Origin: an uncultured Actinomycetes bacterium
Lineage (GTDB): Bacteria > Actinomycetota > Thermoleophilia > Gaiellales > JAICJC01
DNA: 64,000 bases
Assembly (NCBI GenBank): GCA_963821535.1
Contig: CAWGEC010000009.1
Span: 62,010-126,009 of the forward strand
Direction of reading: 5' to 3'
Of this stretch, positions 40,604 to 51,148 are shown piece after piece. The notes beneath the pieces were generated by a model that saw only the letters and a list, made by a program, of their open reading frames with translations, had not been told where the DNA came from and searched no databases. The position numbers and the translations under genes are program-made. Within the stretch, counting starts at the first letter, position 1. Every line of letters starts with the position of its first letter.

Positions 40604-41826
40604 TCCGCCGTCTCCTCGACGCGGGCGACGAGCCGGCCGCGGGCGAGCCGCACGCCGACCCGGTCGTCCACCGAAACCGCCCCCGACTCGCGAACGACTG
40701 CGCCCGCCTCGTCCTGCACGATCGCGTAGCCGCGCTCGAGCGTGGCCGCCGGGCCGAGCACGCGCAGCCGGCCGTGAGCCGCCGCGACCCGGGCCGACTC
40801 CCGTTCGAGCCGCAGCGCCGGCACGCGGGCAAGCCGGTCGCCGCTGGCCGCCAGGGCCGCCCGGCGGACGTCGATCCAGGCCTGCGGCCGCGCGAAGGCC
40901 GGCCGTGACACGAGCAGCTCGAGCGTGCGGCGGGCCTGTGCGGCACCGCCTTCGAGCGCCCGCGCCCCGCGCGTCAGGAGGGCGTCGAGCGACGCCAGGA
41001 GTGCGGCGTGGTCGGGCACCACCATTCGGGCCGCCAGGCTGGGCGTCCCGGCGCGGGCGTCCGCCACCAGGTCGACGAGCGGGTTGTCCTGCTCGTGGCC
41101 GATCGCCGCGACCACCGGCGTCGAGCACCCGGCGACCGCCCGGCAGACGACCTCGTCGGAGAACGGGAGCAGATCCTCGGGGCTGCCGCCGCCGCGGGCC
41201 AGCACGATCACATCCACGTCCATGTCGGCATCGAGCGTCGTGAGGGCGGCGGCGATCGACGCCGGCGCGGCCCGCCCCTGCACCGTGGCTTCGACGATCC
41301 GGAACCGAACCGGCGGGTAGCGCCGCTCGGCGGTCTCGATCACGTCTCGCTTGGCCGCGGCGTCGGTCCCGCACACGAGGCCCACGACCCGCGGGAGGAG
41401 CGGAAGCGGCTGCTTGCGCTCCTCGGCGAAGAGCCCCTCGGCTCCGAGCTTCGTCCTGAGCTCCTCGATCCGCTTCAGGAGCTGGCCGAGGCCGAACTGC
41501 TCGAGGGTGAACGCCCGGAACCGGAACTCGCCGCGCTTGCGCCAGAGCTCGCCGCGGCCGTACGCGTGCAGCCGGTCGCCGGTGGCCGGCGCGGGCTCGA
41601 TGCGCTCGAACCGGTCGCGGTCCATCCAGCCCTGAAGCACCGATCCGTCGCGCTCGTCCTTCAGGCAGAAGAAGACCATCCGGGCCCGCGGGGTCAGCTC
41701 CGAGAGCTCGCCCTCGACCCAGACGTTCCCGAGGCGGGCCAGCCAGCCGGCCACGCCCTGGTTGAAGTCCGACACCGTGAACACGGCGCGGTCGCCGTAG
41801 GTCACGGGCTCGGGCCTCGCGCTCAT
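40600..41826 (-). CDS. xseA: Exonuclease VII large subunit
   Basis: VWVEGELS, ATVQG, ARGGGS.EDL, IGHEQD, DARAGTPS. Confidence 0.95.
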   Translation of the reverse strand: MSARPEPVTYGDRAVFTVSDFNQGVAGWLARLGNVWVEGELSELTPRARMVFFCLKDERDGSVLQGWMDRDRFERIEPAPATGDRLHAYGRGELWRKRGEFRFRAFTLEQFGLGQLLKRIEELRTKLGAEGLFAEERKQPLPLLPRVVGLVCGTDAAAKRDVIETAERRYPPVRFRIVEATVQGRAAPASIAAALTTLDADMDVDVIVLARGGGSPEDLLPFSDEVVCRAVAGCSTPVVAAIGHEQDNPLVDLVADARAGTPSLAARMVVPDHAALLASLDALLTRGARALEGGAAQARRTLELLVSRPAFARPQAWIDVRRAALAASGDRLARVPALRLERESARVAAAHGRLRVLGPAATLERGYAIVQDEAGAVVRESGAVSVDDRVGVRLARGRLVARVEETAE

Positions 41827-41846
41827 CTCCGAAGTCTAGAGACGCG

Positions 41847-42047
41847 CTAGGTCAGGATCCGCGCAGCGACGTGAGGGGTGCAGCCGCGTTCGAGCATCGC
41901 GACCGCCTGGTGCAGGTCGGCTCCGCTCTTGGCGATGCGCTCCGCCACGCGCAAGGGATAGCCCGCCTTCAGCAGCACGTGAAGCCTCCACGCCTCCACC
42001 TGCGCGACCAGGTCGGGCCTCTCATCGAGGACGTTGGCCGGGCTCAT
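41847..42047 (-). CDS. Small hypothetical protein (66 aa)
   Basis: VEAWRLHVLLKAGY...DLHQAVAMLERGC...AARIL; helical, co-oriented with xseA. Confidence 0.6.
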   Translation of the reverse strand: MSPANVLDERPDLVAQVEAWRLHVLLKAGYPLRVAERIAKSGADLHQAVAMLERGCTPHVAARILT

Positions 42048-42109
42048 GCGCGGTCATGGTAGGAACGCCCTCGGACGGACTCCCGGGCCGCTGGTATCGT
42101 CATCGCGGC

Positions 42110-43093
42110 ATGGTGGCGACGCTGCGCGGCCTGTGGCTCGAGGTGCGGGTGATCCCGGTGCTGCTCTGGAGCTTCTCCGCTCTCACGGTAGGCACGGCCC
42201 TCGCCGCGCACGGGCGCTCGCTCGAGGTCTGGTACTACGTCGGCGCCGTCGTCCTCGGCACGCTCATTCAGGGGCTGCTCGCACATTGCGCGAACGAGGT
42301 CGCCGACTGGCGCTCGGGCACGGATCAGCATCCGTCGCCGCGCGTCATCTCCGGCGGGAGCAAGGTCATCGCGGCCGGGCTCCTGGGCGAGCGGGCGCTC
42401 CTCGCGACGTTCGCCGTGGCGCTCCTCGCGACGACGGTGCTCGGGCTGGCGCTCGTCGCCGCCCGCGGCCTCGTCATCCTGCCGTTCGGCCTCGTGGGAG
42501 TCGCGGGTGCCGTCTTCTACACGGTCCCGCCCGTGCGCGCCGCCTACCGCCCGTTTGCCGGCGAGGCGGTCGCGTTCATCTGCCTCGCCGACTGCGTGAT
42601 CGGCGCCTACGTCCTCCAGGGCGGCCGGGCCGTCGACACGACGGTGCTCGCCACGGCGGTTGCGGTCGCTGCGTACGCTGTCGGGATGCTGATGGTGCAC
42701 CACTACCTCGATCGCGAAGCCGACCGGGCCGCGACCCCGCCGAAGGTGACCTCGATCGTGCGGCTGGGCCTTCGGAACGGCCGCCGGTACGCGATCGCTT
42801 GGTGCCTCGTCGCGATGGCGGCCGCGATGGCGGGCTCCGCTGCCGAGCCGCGGCTCCTGCCGCTCGTCGCCGGCTACGCGATCGGGCTCCTCGCGCACCT
42901 GCGGTGCCGGCCCGACGACGTCGAGTCCGTCTCGAAGAACGAGCTCGCGATCATCTTCGCCGGCATCGCCGCGGCCCTCAGCTCGGCGGCACTGCTCGTG
43001 CCCGCGCTGTCCCTGGCGATGGTCGTGGCGGTCGTGCTGGTCGCGGTCGAGATGCGCCTCGCGGTGTCCCCTGCCGGAACTCCGGCCGCATGA
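42110..43093 (+). CDS. UbiA/MenA-family prenyltransferase
   Basis: NEVADWRSGTD, YTVPPVR..Y, HHYLDREAD...PKVT; multiple TM helices. Confidence 0.82.
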   Translation: MVATLRGLWLEVRVIPVLLWSFSALTVGTALAAHGRSLEVWYYVGAVVLGTLIQGLLAHCANEVADWRSGTDQHPSPRVISGGSKVIAAGLLGERALLATFAVALLATTVLGLALVAARGLVILPFGLVGVAGAVFYTVPPVRAAYRPFAGEAVAFICLADCVIGAYVLQGGRAVDTTVLATAVAVAAYAVGMLMVHHYLDREADRAATPPKVTSIVRLGLRNGRRYAIAWCLVAMAAAMAGSAAEPRLLPLVAGYAIGLLAHLRCRPDDVESVSKNELAIIFAGIAAALSSAALLVPALSLAMVVAVVLVAVEMRLAVSPAGTPAA

Positions 43094-43747
43094 GCCTCGA
43101 GGTCGATCTCGAGCGGGCCCTCGACGCCGCGGCCCGCCTCCATCCGGCGCGAGGCCCGGCCCGACGCGGTGCTGCCCGCCGAGCCGCACGCCGGCGCGCG
43201 CGTCTACCTGGCCGCGTTCGGCGCCGGCGAGGACGTTCGCTACCTGGCGGTCGACGCGAAGGGAGATGCCGTCACCGATCGCGTGCTCGTCCGCGACACC
43301 GTGACGATGCTGGCCCTGGCGGAGCGTGCCGACGAGGTCTCGGGCGCGGTCGCGGCGGAGGAGCTGGAGGGCGCGTTCACGACGGCCGTGGCGGAGCTCG
43401 AAGCGGCCGGCCTGGCCGGCGAGCGGGATGCCGCCGACGCCGTGCGGCGCGCGGTCGCGGCGCTCGCGGCCGCGGCTGCCGGCCCGCGGGTGGCGACGCC
43501 GGCCTACCTCGACCGGATCGCGGCCTGCGCGGGCGAGCTCTCGGCGGCCCTGGACATCTTCGCCGCGCTGACCCAGCGGCTCCCGCCCGACAAGGCGGAG
43601 CCGGCCGCCGCGGCCTGGCGGGCGATGGCGGCCGTCGCCCGCACCGGCGACCCCGCGAACCTGGCCAGCGCGCTGACCGCGGCGGGCGGTGCGGTCGACG
43701 CGCTCGTGGGCGACGTCCTCGCGGGCTACGCGGCGGAGCTCGAGTGA
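43090..43747 (+). CDS. Hypothetical Ala-rich protein (frameshift near 43150)
   Basis: MSLEVDLERAL... joined to AVLPAEP..RVYLAAF...PRVATPAYLD; overlaps both neighbours by 4 nt. Confidence 0.6.
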
Positions 43748-44664
43748 TCGGCCCGTTCGACCGGGTGCTCGCGGCCACGCTCCCGCTCGTGCCGCGGCCG
43801 GTCGTGCGGCACTTCGCCGACCGGTACATGGCGGGCGAGACGCTGGAGGAGGCCGTGGCCACCGTCCGGCGCCTGAACGACCGCGGCGTGATGGCGACCA
43901 TCGACGTCCTGGGCGAGTTCATCCGGGCGCCTGAGGAGGCCGAGGCGACGGCGACCGAGTACGAGCGGGTGCTGGATGCGATCGCGGCCGAGCGGCTCGA
44001 CGCCAACGTGTCGGTCAAGCTGTCGGCGCTCGGCGCCGAGATCGACCCGGCGCTGGCGGACCGCACGCTCGCGCGGGTCCTGGAGTGCGCCGAGCGCCAC
44101 GGGATCTTCATCCGGATCGACATGGAGCACTCGGGCCTCACCGACCGCACGCTGCGCGTCTACCGCGGGCTGCGGGAGGCGGGCCACGACCGGATCGGCA
44201 TCGTGCTCCAGGCGTACCTGCGGCGCACGATGGACGACGTCCACGCGCTCGCCGACCTCGCGCCGAGCGTCCGCGTCGTGAAGGGCATCTACGTCGAGCC
44301 GGCGGAGATCGCCTACAAGGACCCGGCCGCGATCAACGGGAACTTCGTGCGCATCCTCGACCGCCTGCTGTCCGCCGGGTGCTACGTCGCGATCGCGACG
44401 CACGACCGCGTCCTGATCGAGGAGGTGCTCGCGCTGCTCGACCGCCGCCTCGTGACGCGGGAGGCGTACGAGTTCCAGATGCTGCTCGGCGTCACCGAGG
44501 ACGTCCGTCACCGGCTCGTGGGCGCCGGGCACCGCGTGCGCGTCTACGTCCCGTTCGGCAACGCGTGGTACGCCTACTCCGTGCGGAGGCTCAGGGAGAA
44601 CCCGTCGATCGCCGGCTACGTCGCCCGCGACGTGGTGCGCTCGTTCGTCCCCGGCCTGCGGTGA
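43744..44664 (+). CDS. Monofunctional proline dehydrogenase
   Basis: RYMAGET, SVKLS, RIDME, LQAYL, VKG.Y, IATHD, FQML.G, VYVPFG, RRLRENP. Confidence 0.92.
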   Translation: MIGPFDRVLAATLPLVPRPVVRHFADRYMAGETLEEAVATVRRLNDRGVMATIDVLGEFIRAPEEAEATATEYERVLDAIAAERLDANVSVKLSALGAEIDPALADRTLARVLECAERHGIFIRIDMEHSGLTDRTLRVYRGLREAGHDRIGIVLQAYLRRTMDDVHALADLAPSVRVVKGIYVEPAEIAYKDPAAINGNFVRILDRLLSAGCYVAIATHDRVLIEEVLALLDRRLVTREAYEFQMLLGVTEDVRHRLVGAGHRVRVYVPFGNAWYAYSVRRLRENPSIAGYVARDVVRSFVPGLR

Positions 44665-44684
44665 GTTCGGCGGACGCCCGCCAT

Positions 44685-44888
44685 CTAGTGCCCGGTCTCG
44701 TTCCCCTTGCTCGTGTCGTGGCCGAGCTGGTCGAGCTCGGCGAGGCGGAGCTCGCCGTGGCGGCGAACGGGGTCGCCGGGCGGGAGGTCGGCGATCAGCG
44801 CCTCGAGGCGCTCGGCGATCTGGTAGGCGAACTGCGGCGTCGCGGGCCCCCACAGCGCGTCGATGTCGGTCGTCGTCACCCGTCCCAT
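44685..44888 (-). CDS. Small hypothetical protein (67 aa)
   Basis: [19 protein letters not shown]...; TAATG overlap with the pfkA stop. Confidence 0.55.
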   Translation of the reverse strand: MGRVTTTDIDALWGPATPQFAYQIAERLEALIADLPPGDPVRRHGELRLAELDQLGHDTSKGNETGH

Positions 44889-45920
44889 TATCCGAAGAAC
44901 GCGCTGGCCTGCTCGTAGAGCTCGTCGGGCACGGTCTTCAGCTCGGCCACCGCGTCGGCGAGCGGGACGGCCACGATCGCGTCTCCGCGCAGCGCCGCCA
45001 TCTGGCCCCACGATCCGGCGTAGACCATGTCGGCGGCCTTGAGGCCGTAGCGCGTCGCGAGCACGCGGTCGTGGGCAGTCGGCGACCCGCCCCGCTGGGT
45101 GTGGCCGAGCGTCGTGACGCGCGTCTCGAACCCGGTTCGCGCCTCGATCTCGCGGCCCAGGGATTCTCCGACACCGCCCAGGTGGACGTGCCCGAACTGG
45201 TCGGTTGTGCCGCTGTCGACGAGCTGCCCCTCGCCGTCCTCGGTGCGGAGCTCCCAGCCCTCGCTGACGACGACGATCGAGAAGTCCTTCCCCTTCGCGT
45301 GCCGCTTTCGGATGAGCTCGCAGCAGCGCTCGACCGTCACCGGCCGCTCCGGCGTCAGGATGACGTCGGCGCCGCCCGCCATGCCCGACATGATGGCGAT
45401 CCAGCCGGCGTGGCGGCCCATGACCTCGCAGACCATCACGCGGTCGTGGGACTCGGCGGTCGAGTGCAGGCGGTCGATGGCCTCGGTCGCGATCGAGAGC
45501 GCCGTATCGAACCCGAACGTGTAGTCGGTGCCGGAGAGGTCGTTGTCGATCGTCTTCGGGACGCCGACGACGTGCACCTGATGCTCTGCGTGAAGCCGCG
45601 CCGCGACGCCCAGCGTGTCCTCGCCGCCGATCGCGACCAGGGCGTCCAGCCCGCGCAGGTGCTCGAGCACGCGCTCGACGCCGCCCTCGACCTTGTACGG
45701 GTTCGTGCGCGACGTCTTCAGGATCGTCCCGCCGCGCGGCAGGAGCCCCGTGACGTCGATCGGCCCGAGGGTCCCGGAACTGGCCCTCGACCAGGCCACG
45801 CCAGCCGTGCAGGACGCCGACGACCTCGTCACCTCGGTCGAAGGCGCGCCGGGCCACCGCCCGGATGACCGCGTTCAGCCCGGGGCAGTCGCCCCCGCCC
45901 GTGAGGATCCCGATCCGCAT
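44888..45920 (-). CDS. pfkA: 6-phosphofructokinase (frameshift near 45775)
   Basis: [46 protein letters not shown]. Confidence 0.93.
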
Positions 45921-45931
45921 CGCGGCGGAGT

Positions 45932-46365
45932 CTAGATCGTTATCCGTTCCCAGCCGTCGTTCTCGAGTCGCAGGCGCTCGATCGCGATCGCCCGCTCGCC
46001 CGGCTCGAGGAGCGACGCCTGGTACTCGGTCACCCAGCAGCGGTGAAGGCGATACGACAGCACCGTTTTGCCGTCCCGATCCAGGATCTCGACGCCGACG
46101 TCCTTGTGGGTGCCGATCGATGACGCCGAGGCCGCCCAGTCCTCGAAGGCGCTGTCGCCGCCCACCGGCCGCTCGAGCGTGACGGGTGCGGACGTCACCC
46201 GCCCGGGGGCCGTGTGCTCGTCGTCGCCGGCGACGGCCCGGTGCGGATAGGTGATCACCTCGACCAGGCGCGTGAGGGGGCTCACGCGGTCGACGCCTGC
46301 GATCGTCTTGCCGTCCCAGGTCACCCGGAAGGAGTGGTGCTTGTGGTGATGGTGGTGCTTCGACA

Positions 46366-46366
<1 letters not shown>
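45932..46366 (-). CDS. Orphan phage tail tube-like protein (T4 gp19/eCIS tube family) with a His-rich N-terminus
   Basis: FRVTWDG..IAG...VS.L....EV..Y, PGR.....[40 protein letters not shown]. Confidence 0.75.
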
Positions 46367-47571
<1,205 letters not shown>

Positions 47572-47587
47572 GGCCCCTCTCCCGAGC

Positions 47588-48603
47588 TTAGAGTCGCATC
47601 CGCGCCGCGGTCAACTGTTCGCGCACCCGTGCTGCCGCGCCGTCGCGCGCGCCGGCATGGTCGAGGCCGAGCAACGCGGCGCCGACAACGGGCGGCCCGT
47701 CCAGGACCGCGACGCGGGCCTGCGGCGCCATGGCTCCGACTCCGGCTCGGATGCGCTCGACGAACGCCGGGTCCTCGGCCCGGAACACGCCGCCGCCGAG
47801 CGTCACGTCGACCTCGGCGCGCAGCAGCCGCAGCCGGCGGAGCGAGGCGACCACCATCGTCACGACCTCGTCCGCGAGCGCATCGACGATCCCGCGGGCC
47901 ACCCGGTCGCCGCGGGCGGCGGCGTCGAACACGCAGCGGCGGCAGCTCGAGCACGACCCGCTCGCGGGCGATGACGCCCTCCCGGATCCCTTCGAGCACC
48001 GACCACGGTCGGCGCACGCCGAAGTGGGCGGGCACGGTGCGCTCGAGCAGGGTGTGCTCGCCACGGCCGTCGCGGCCGCGCACCGCCGCTCCCAGCCCCA
48101 TCTCGCCGATCCAGCCGCCGCCGTCGGCGGCGCCGGGGAACTCACCGACCGCCGGGAACCGGACCGTGCGGCCGCCCGGGCCGACGCCGGTGCAGTTGAT
48201 GCCGGAGCCGCACACCAGACCGACGCCCCAGCCGCGGTCGGTTCCGGCCCGGAGGACGGCGAAGGTGTCGTTTGCGACCAGCTCCGACTGCGGTCCAGCC
48301 GGCTCCCGACAGCACGCGCGCCAGCCGGCGGTCGTCGGAGGGCATGTCGGCGCCGGAGAGCGCGAAGGCGCCCACGTCGGCGACCGGGCCGTTGTCGGAC
48401 GGGATGCCGGCCCGGCGCAGGGCGGCCTCGACCGTCGGCCGGAGCGCGCCCACGACGCCCCCGAGGCCGACGAGCTCGTGCGAGCAGGTCGGGCCCCGGG
48501 CGGTGCCGAGCACCTCGCCCTTCGCGGTGATGAGCGCGACGTCGGTCTTCGAGCCGCCGCCGTCGACCGCCAGCACCGCTGCGCGCGGGCCTCGCCTACT
48601 CAC
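47588..48603 (-). CDS. BadF/BadG-type amino-sugar kinase (CsnK/NAGK-like; frameshifted)
   Basis: AVDGGGSKT, ND.FA, VCGSGINC, TLGGGV, PVVGAALLG. Confidence 0.82.
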
Positions 48604-49636
48604 GCTCGGTCACCTTGGAGGCGAGCGAGTACCCGCCGGGATCGAGCCCGCGGCGGCGGGCGAGGCTCCATGCGAGGAGCTGGGTCGGGATCACGGCCAC
48701 GGCCGGCGCCAGGCACTCGCTGAGCGAGCCGAGCACGATCGCCGGGGCGTCCGCGAGCCTCGCGTCGTTCGGCCCGACCATCAGCACCTGGGCGCCCGCG
48801 CGGCGGAGGTCGTCGGCCATGCCGAGGTCGAGCAGGCGGGTGGCGGCCGCGGTCGAGAACACCATCGCCGCCATCTCCGGCCCGGCCAGCTCGAGCGGCC
48901 CGTGCCGGAACTGCGCCGCCTGGAGCGACTCGGCCGGGAAGCGTGCGGCCTCCTTCAGCGTGAGCGCGCCCATCTCGGCCGCCGCCCGCGCGCCCCCGCG
49001 CGCCAGGAGCGTCAGCACGGGGCGGTCGTCCAGCCAGTCGGCCAGCGTCTCGGCGGTCGCGTCGGCGTCCTGGAGCAGCCGCTCGGCGTCGTCGGCCGCG
49101 GCGGCGGCGCCGTCGTGCGACTCGGCGCCGAGGGCGCCCGCGACCGCGTCCATCAGGACGAGCGTCGCGACGAACGTCATCGTGGACGGGCCGTGCTCCT
49201 CGCCGGCCCGCGTGTCGAGATGGATGTGCGCGAGGGCGGCGAGCGGGTTGTCCGTGCCGTTCGTGACCGCGACGACGGTGGGGCGCGGCGTGCGCTCGGC
49301 GAGCGCCTCGGCGACGCGCACGGTCTCGGCGCTTCGGCCGGACTGGCTCACGCACACGACCAGCGTGTCGGCGGTGACCGCCGGGAGCCGGAAGTGCAGG
49401 AGCTCGGCGGCATCGAGCATCGTCGCGGCGACGCCCGCCGACCCGAGGGCGGTCACGGCCGGGTAGCAGGCGTCGTACGAGCTCCCCATGCCGGTGAAGA
49501 CGATGTGGCCGCGGGCACGCACGGAGGCCAGGGCGTCGGCCTGGTCGAGCGCCGCCTGCCGCGCTCGCCGGATCGCGTCGGGCTGGCCCGCGATCTCGGC
49601 GATGAATCTATCAGGAAACTTTCCTAACGATTCCAT
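48596..49636 (-). CDS. SIS-domain sugar-phosphate isomerase/deaminase (GlmS C-terminal/GlmD-like)
   Basis: EIAGQP, GMGSS, SQSG.S.ET, LTLKE, FRHGP.E, SKVT. Confidence 0.88.
   Translation of the reverse strand: MESLGKFPDRFIAEIAGQPDAIRRARQAALDQADALASVRARGHIVFTGMGSSYDACYPAVTALGSAGVAATMLDAAELLHFRLPAVTADTLVVCVSQSGRSAETVRVAEALAERTPRPTVVAVTNGTDNPLAALAHIHLDTRAGEEHGPSTMTFVATLVLMDAVAGALGAESHDGAAAAADDAERLLQDADATAETLADWLDDRPVLTLLARGGARAAAEMGALTLKEAARFPAESLQAAQFRHGPLELAGPEMAAMVFSTAAATRLLDLGMADDLRRAGAQVLMVGPNDARLADAPAIVLGSLSECLAPAVAVIPTQLLAWSLARRRGLDPGGYSLASKVTERE
49613..49625. promoter_or_regulatory. CsnR-type ROK operator AGGAAACTTTCCT
   Basis: Palindrome matching the Streptomyces CsnR box; TACAAT -10 at 49649-49654, 8 nt before the GH4 GTG. 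Confidence 0.8.
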
Positions 49637-49662
49637 CGCTGGGGAGATTACAATGCCCGGCG

Positions 49663-50934
49663 GTGGAATTGAAGGTCGCCGTCATCGGAGCGGGCAGCAC
49701 CTACACCCCGGAGCTGATCGAGGGGTTCGCCGCGCGCGCCGAGCGGCTCGGCCTCACGGAGCTCTGGCTGCACGACATCGACGCCGAGCGGCTCGACATC
49801 GTGGGCGGCCTCGCCCGCCGGATCATGGACGCCAGGGGCTTCCCCGGCCGGCTCGAGCTGACCGGCGATCGCGAGGCGGCGATCGAGGGAGCGGGCTTCG
49901 TGCTGGTGCAGCTGCGGATCGGCGGGCTCGCCGCCCGGCTGCTCGACGAGACGATCCCGCCCCGGTTCGGCTGCCTCGGCCAGGAGACGACCGGTGCGGG
50001 CGGGTTCGCCAAGGCGCTGCGGACGGTGCCGGTCGTGCTCGACATCGCCGCCGACACGGCTCGCCTCGGCGCCGACGGGGCGTGGCTCCTCGACTTCACG
50101 AACCCGGCGGGGCTCGTGACGCAGGCGCTCGTCGATCACGGGCACCGCGCCATCGGCCTCTGCAACATCCCGATCGGATTCCAGCGCACCTTCGCCGACC
50201 GGCTCGGCGTCGAGCCGGAGCGGGTCGAGCTCGAGCATGTCGGCCTGAATCACCTGTCGTGGGAGCGGGCCGTGACGGTCGACGGCGAGGACCGCCTGCC
50301 CGGCCTGATCGACGTCTTCGCCGACCAGCTCGGCGAGGAGGTCGGCATGCCCGGCGACGTCGTGCGCCTGCTGCGGGCGATCCCGTCGTACTACCTGCGC
50401 TACTTCTACTTCCCCCGCGAGACGGTGGCCGAGCACGAGGCCGAGGGCACCCGGGCCGAGCGGGTGATCGAGATCGAGCGCGAGCTCCTCGAGATGTACC
50501 GCGACCCCGAGCTCAGGGAGAAGCCGAAGCTCCTGGAGGAGCGGGGCGGGGCCTGGTACTCCGAGGCGGCGGCGATGCTCGTGGAGTCGCTGCGTCTGAA
50601 CCGCGGCGACGTCCAGATCGTGAACGTGCGAAACGCGGGCGCCATCCCCAACCTCGACGCGGGCGCCGTGGTCGAGGTGCCGTGCCGGATCTCGCACTCA
50701 GGCGCCGAGCCGCTGCCGCAGCGTCCGCTTCCCCCGGAGATGCTCGGCCTGGTCGAGCAGGTGAAGGCGTACGAGCGCCTGACGGTGACCGCCGCGCTGA
50801 GCGGCGACCGCGGCGACGCCCTGCGCGCGCTCATGGCGAATCCGCTGACGGGCGGGTACGAGACGGCCGCCCCGATGCTGGACGCGCTCCTCGAAGCGCA
50901 CGCCGCGCATCTGCCGCGCTTCCAGGCCAACTGA
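49663..50934 (+). CDS. GH4 NAD-dependent glycoside hydrolase (6-phospho-beta-glucosidase/CsnH-like)
   Basis: IGAGSTYTPEL, GQETTGAGG, FTNP, IGLCN, GLNH, RGGAWYSEAA. Confidence 0.92.
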   Translation: MELKVAVIGAGSTYTPELIEGFAARAERLGLTELWLHDIDAERLDIVGGLARRIMDARGFPGRLELTGDREAAIEGAGFVLVQLRIGGLAARLLDETIPPRFGCLGQETTGAGGFAKALRTVPVVLDIAADTARLGADGAWLLDFTNPAGLVTQALVDHGHRAIGLCNIPIGFQRTFADRLGVEPERVELEHVGLNHLSWERAVTVDGEDRLPGLIDVFADQLGEEVGMPGDVVRLLRAIPSYYLRYFYFPRETVAEHEAEGTRAERVIEIERELLEMYRDPELREKPKLLEERGGAWYSEAAAMLVESLRLNRGDVQIVNVRNAGAIPNLDAGAVVEVPCRISHSGAEPLPQRPLPPEMLGLVEQVKAYERLTVTAALSGDRGDALRALMANPLTGGYETAAPMLDALLEAHAAHLPRFQAN

Positions 50935-50940
50935 ACCACC

Positions 50941-51118
50941 GGGGCCAGGCCCCGTCCGGGGCCTGGCCCCATGGGGTTCGCCCACAGCGGCGCCGATCTC
51001 GCCACACCCGTCACTCGCCCGCAACGATTCACGCCTCGAAGTACTACGGGGTCTGACCCCGGCGTACCGCCATAACCAGGGGCCAGGCCCCGAACGGGGC
51101 CTGGCCCCATGGGGTTCG
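50941..51118. repeat. REP cluster: two family A copies with a GGGGTCTGACCCC half element between them
   Basis: 50941-50980 and 51079-51118 are near-identical 40-mers differing only in the loop (GTCC vs GAAC). Confidence 0.85.
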
Positions 51119-51148
51119 CCTTTCGTCCTACCGCCTAGAATCGGCTCC

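Noticed and set aside
50941-51118. Two ~40-bp direct repeats as a mini CRISPR array
   Set aside because: Only two copies ~100 bp apart, the same motif is dispersed elsewhere, and there are no cas genes; these are REPs
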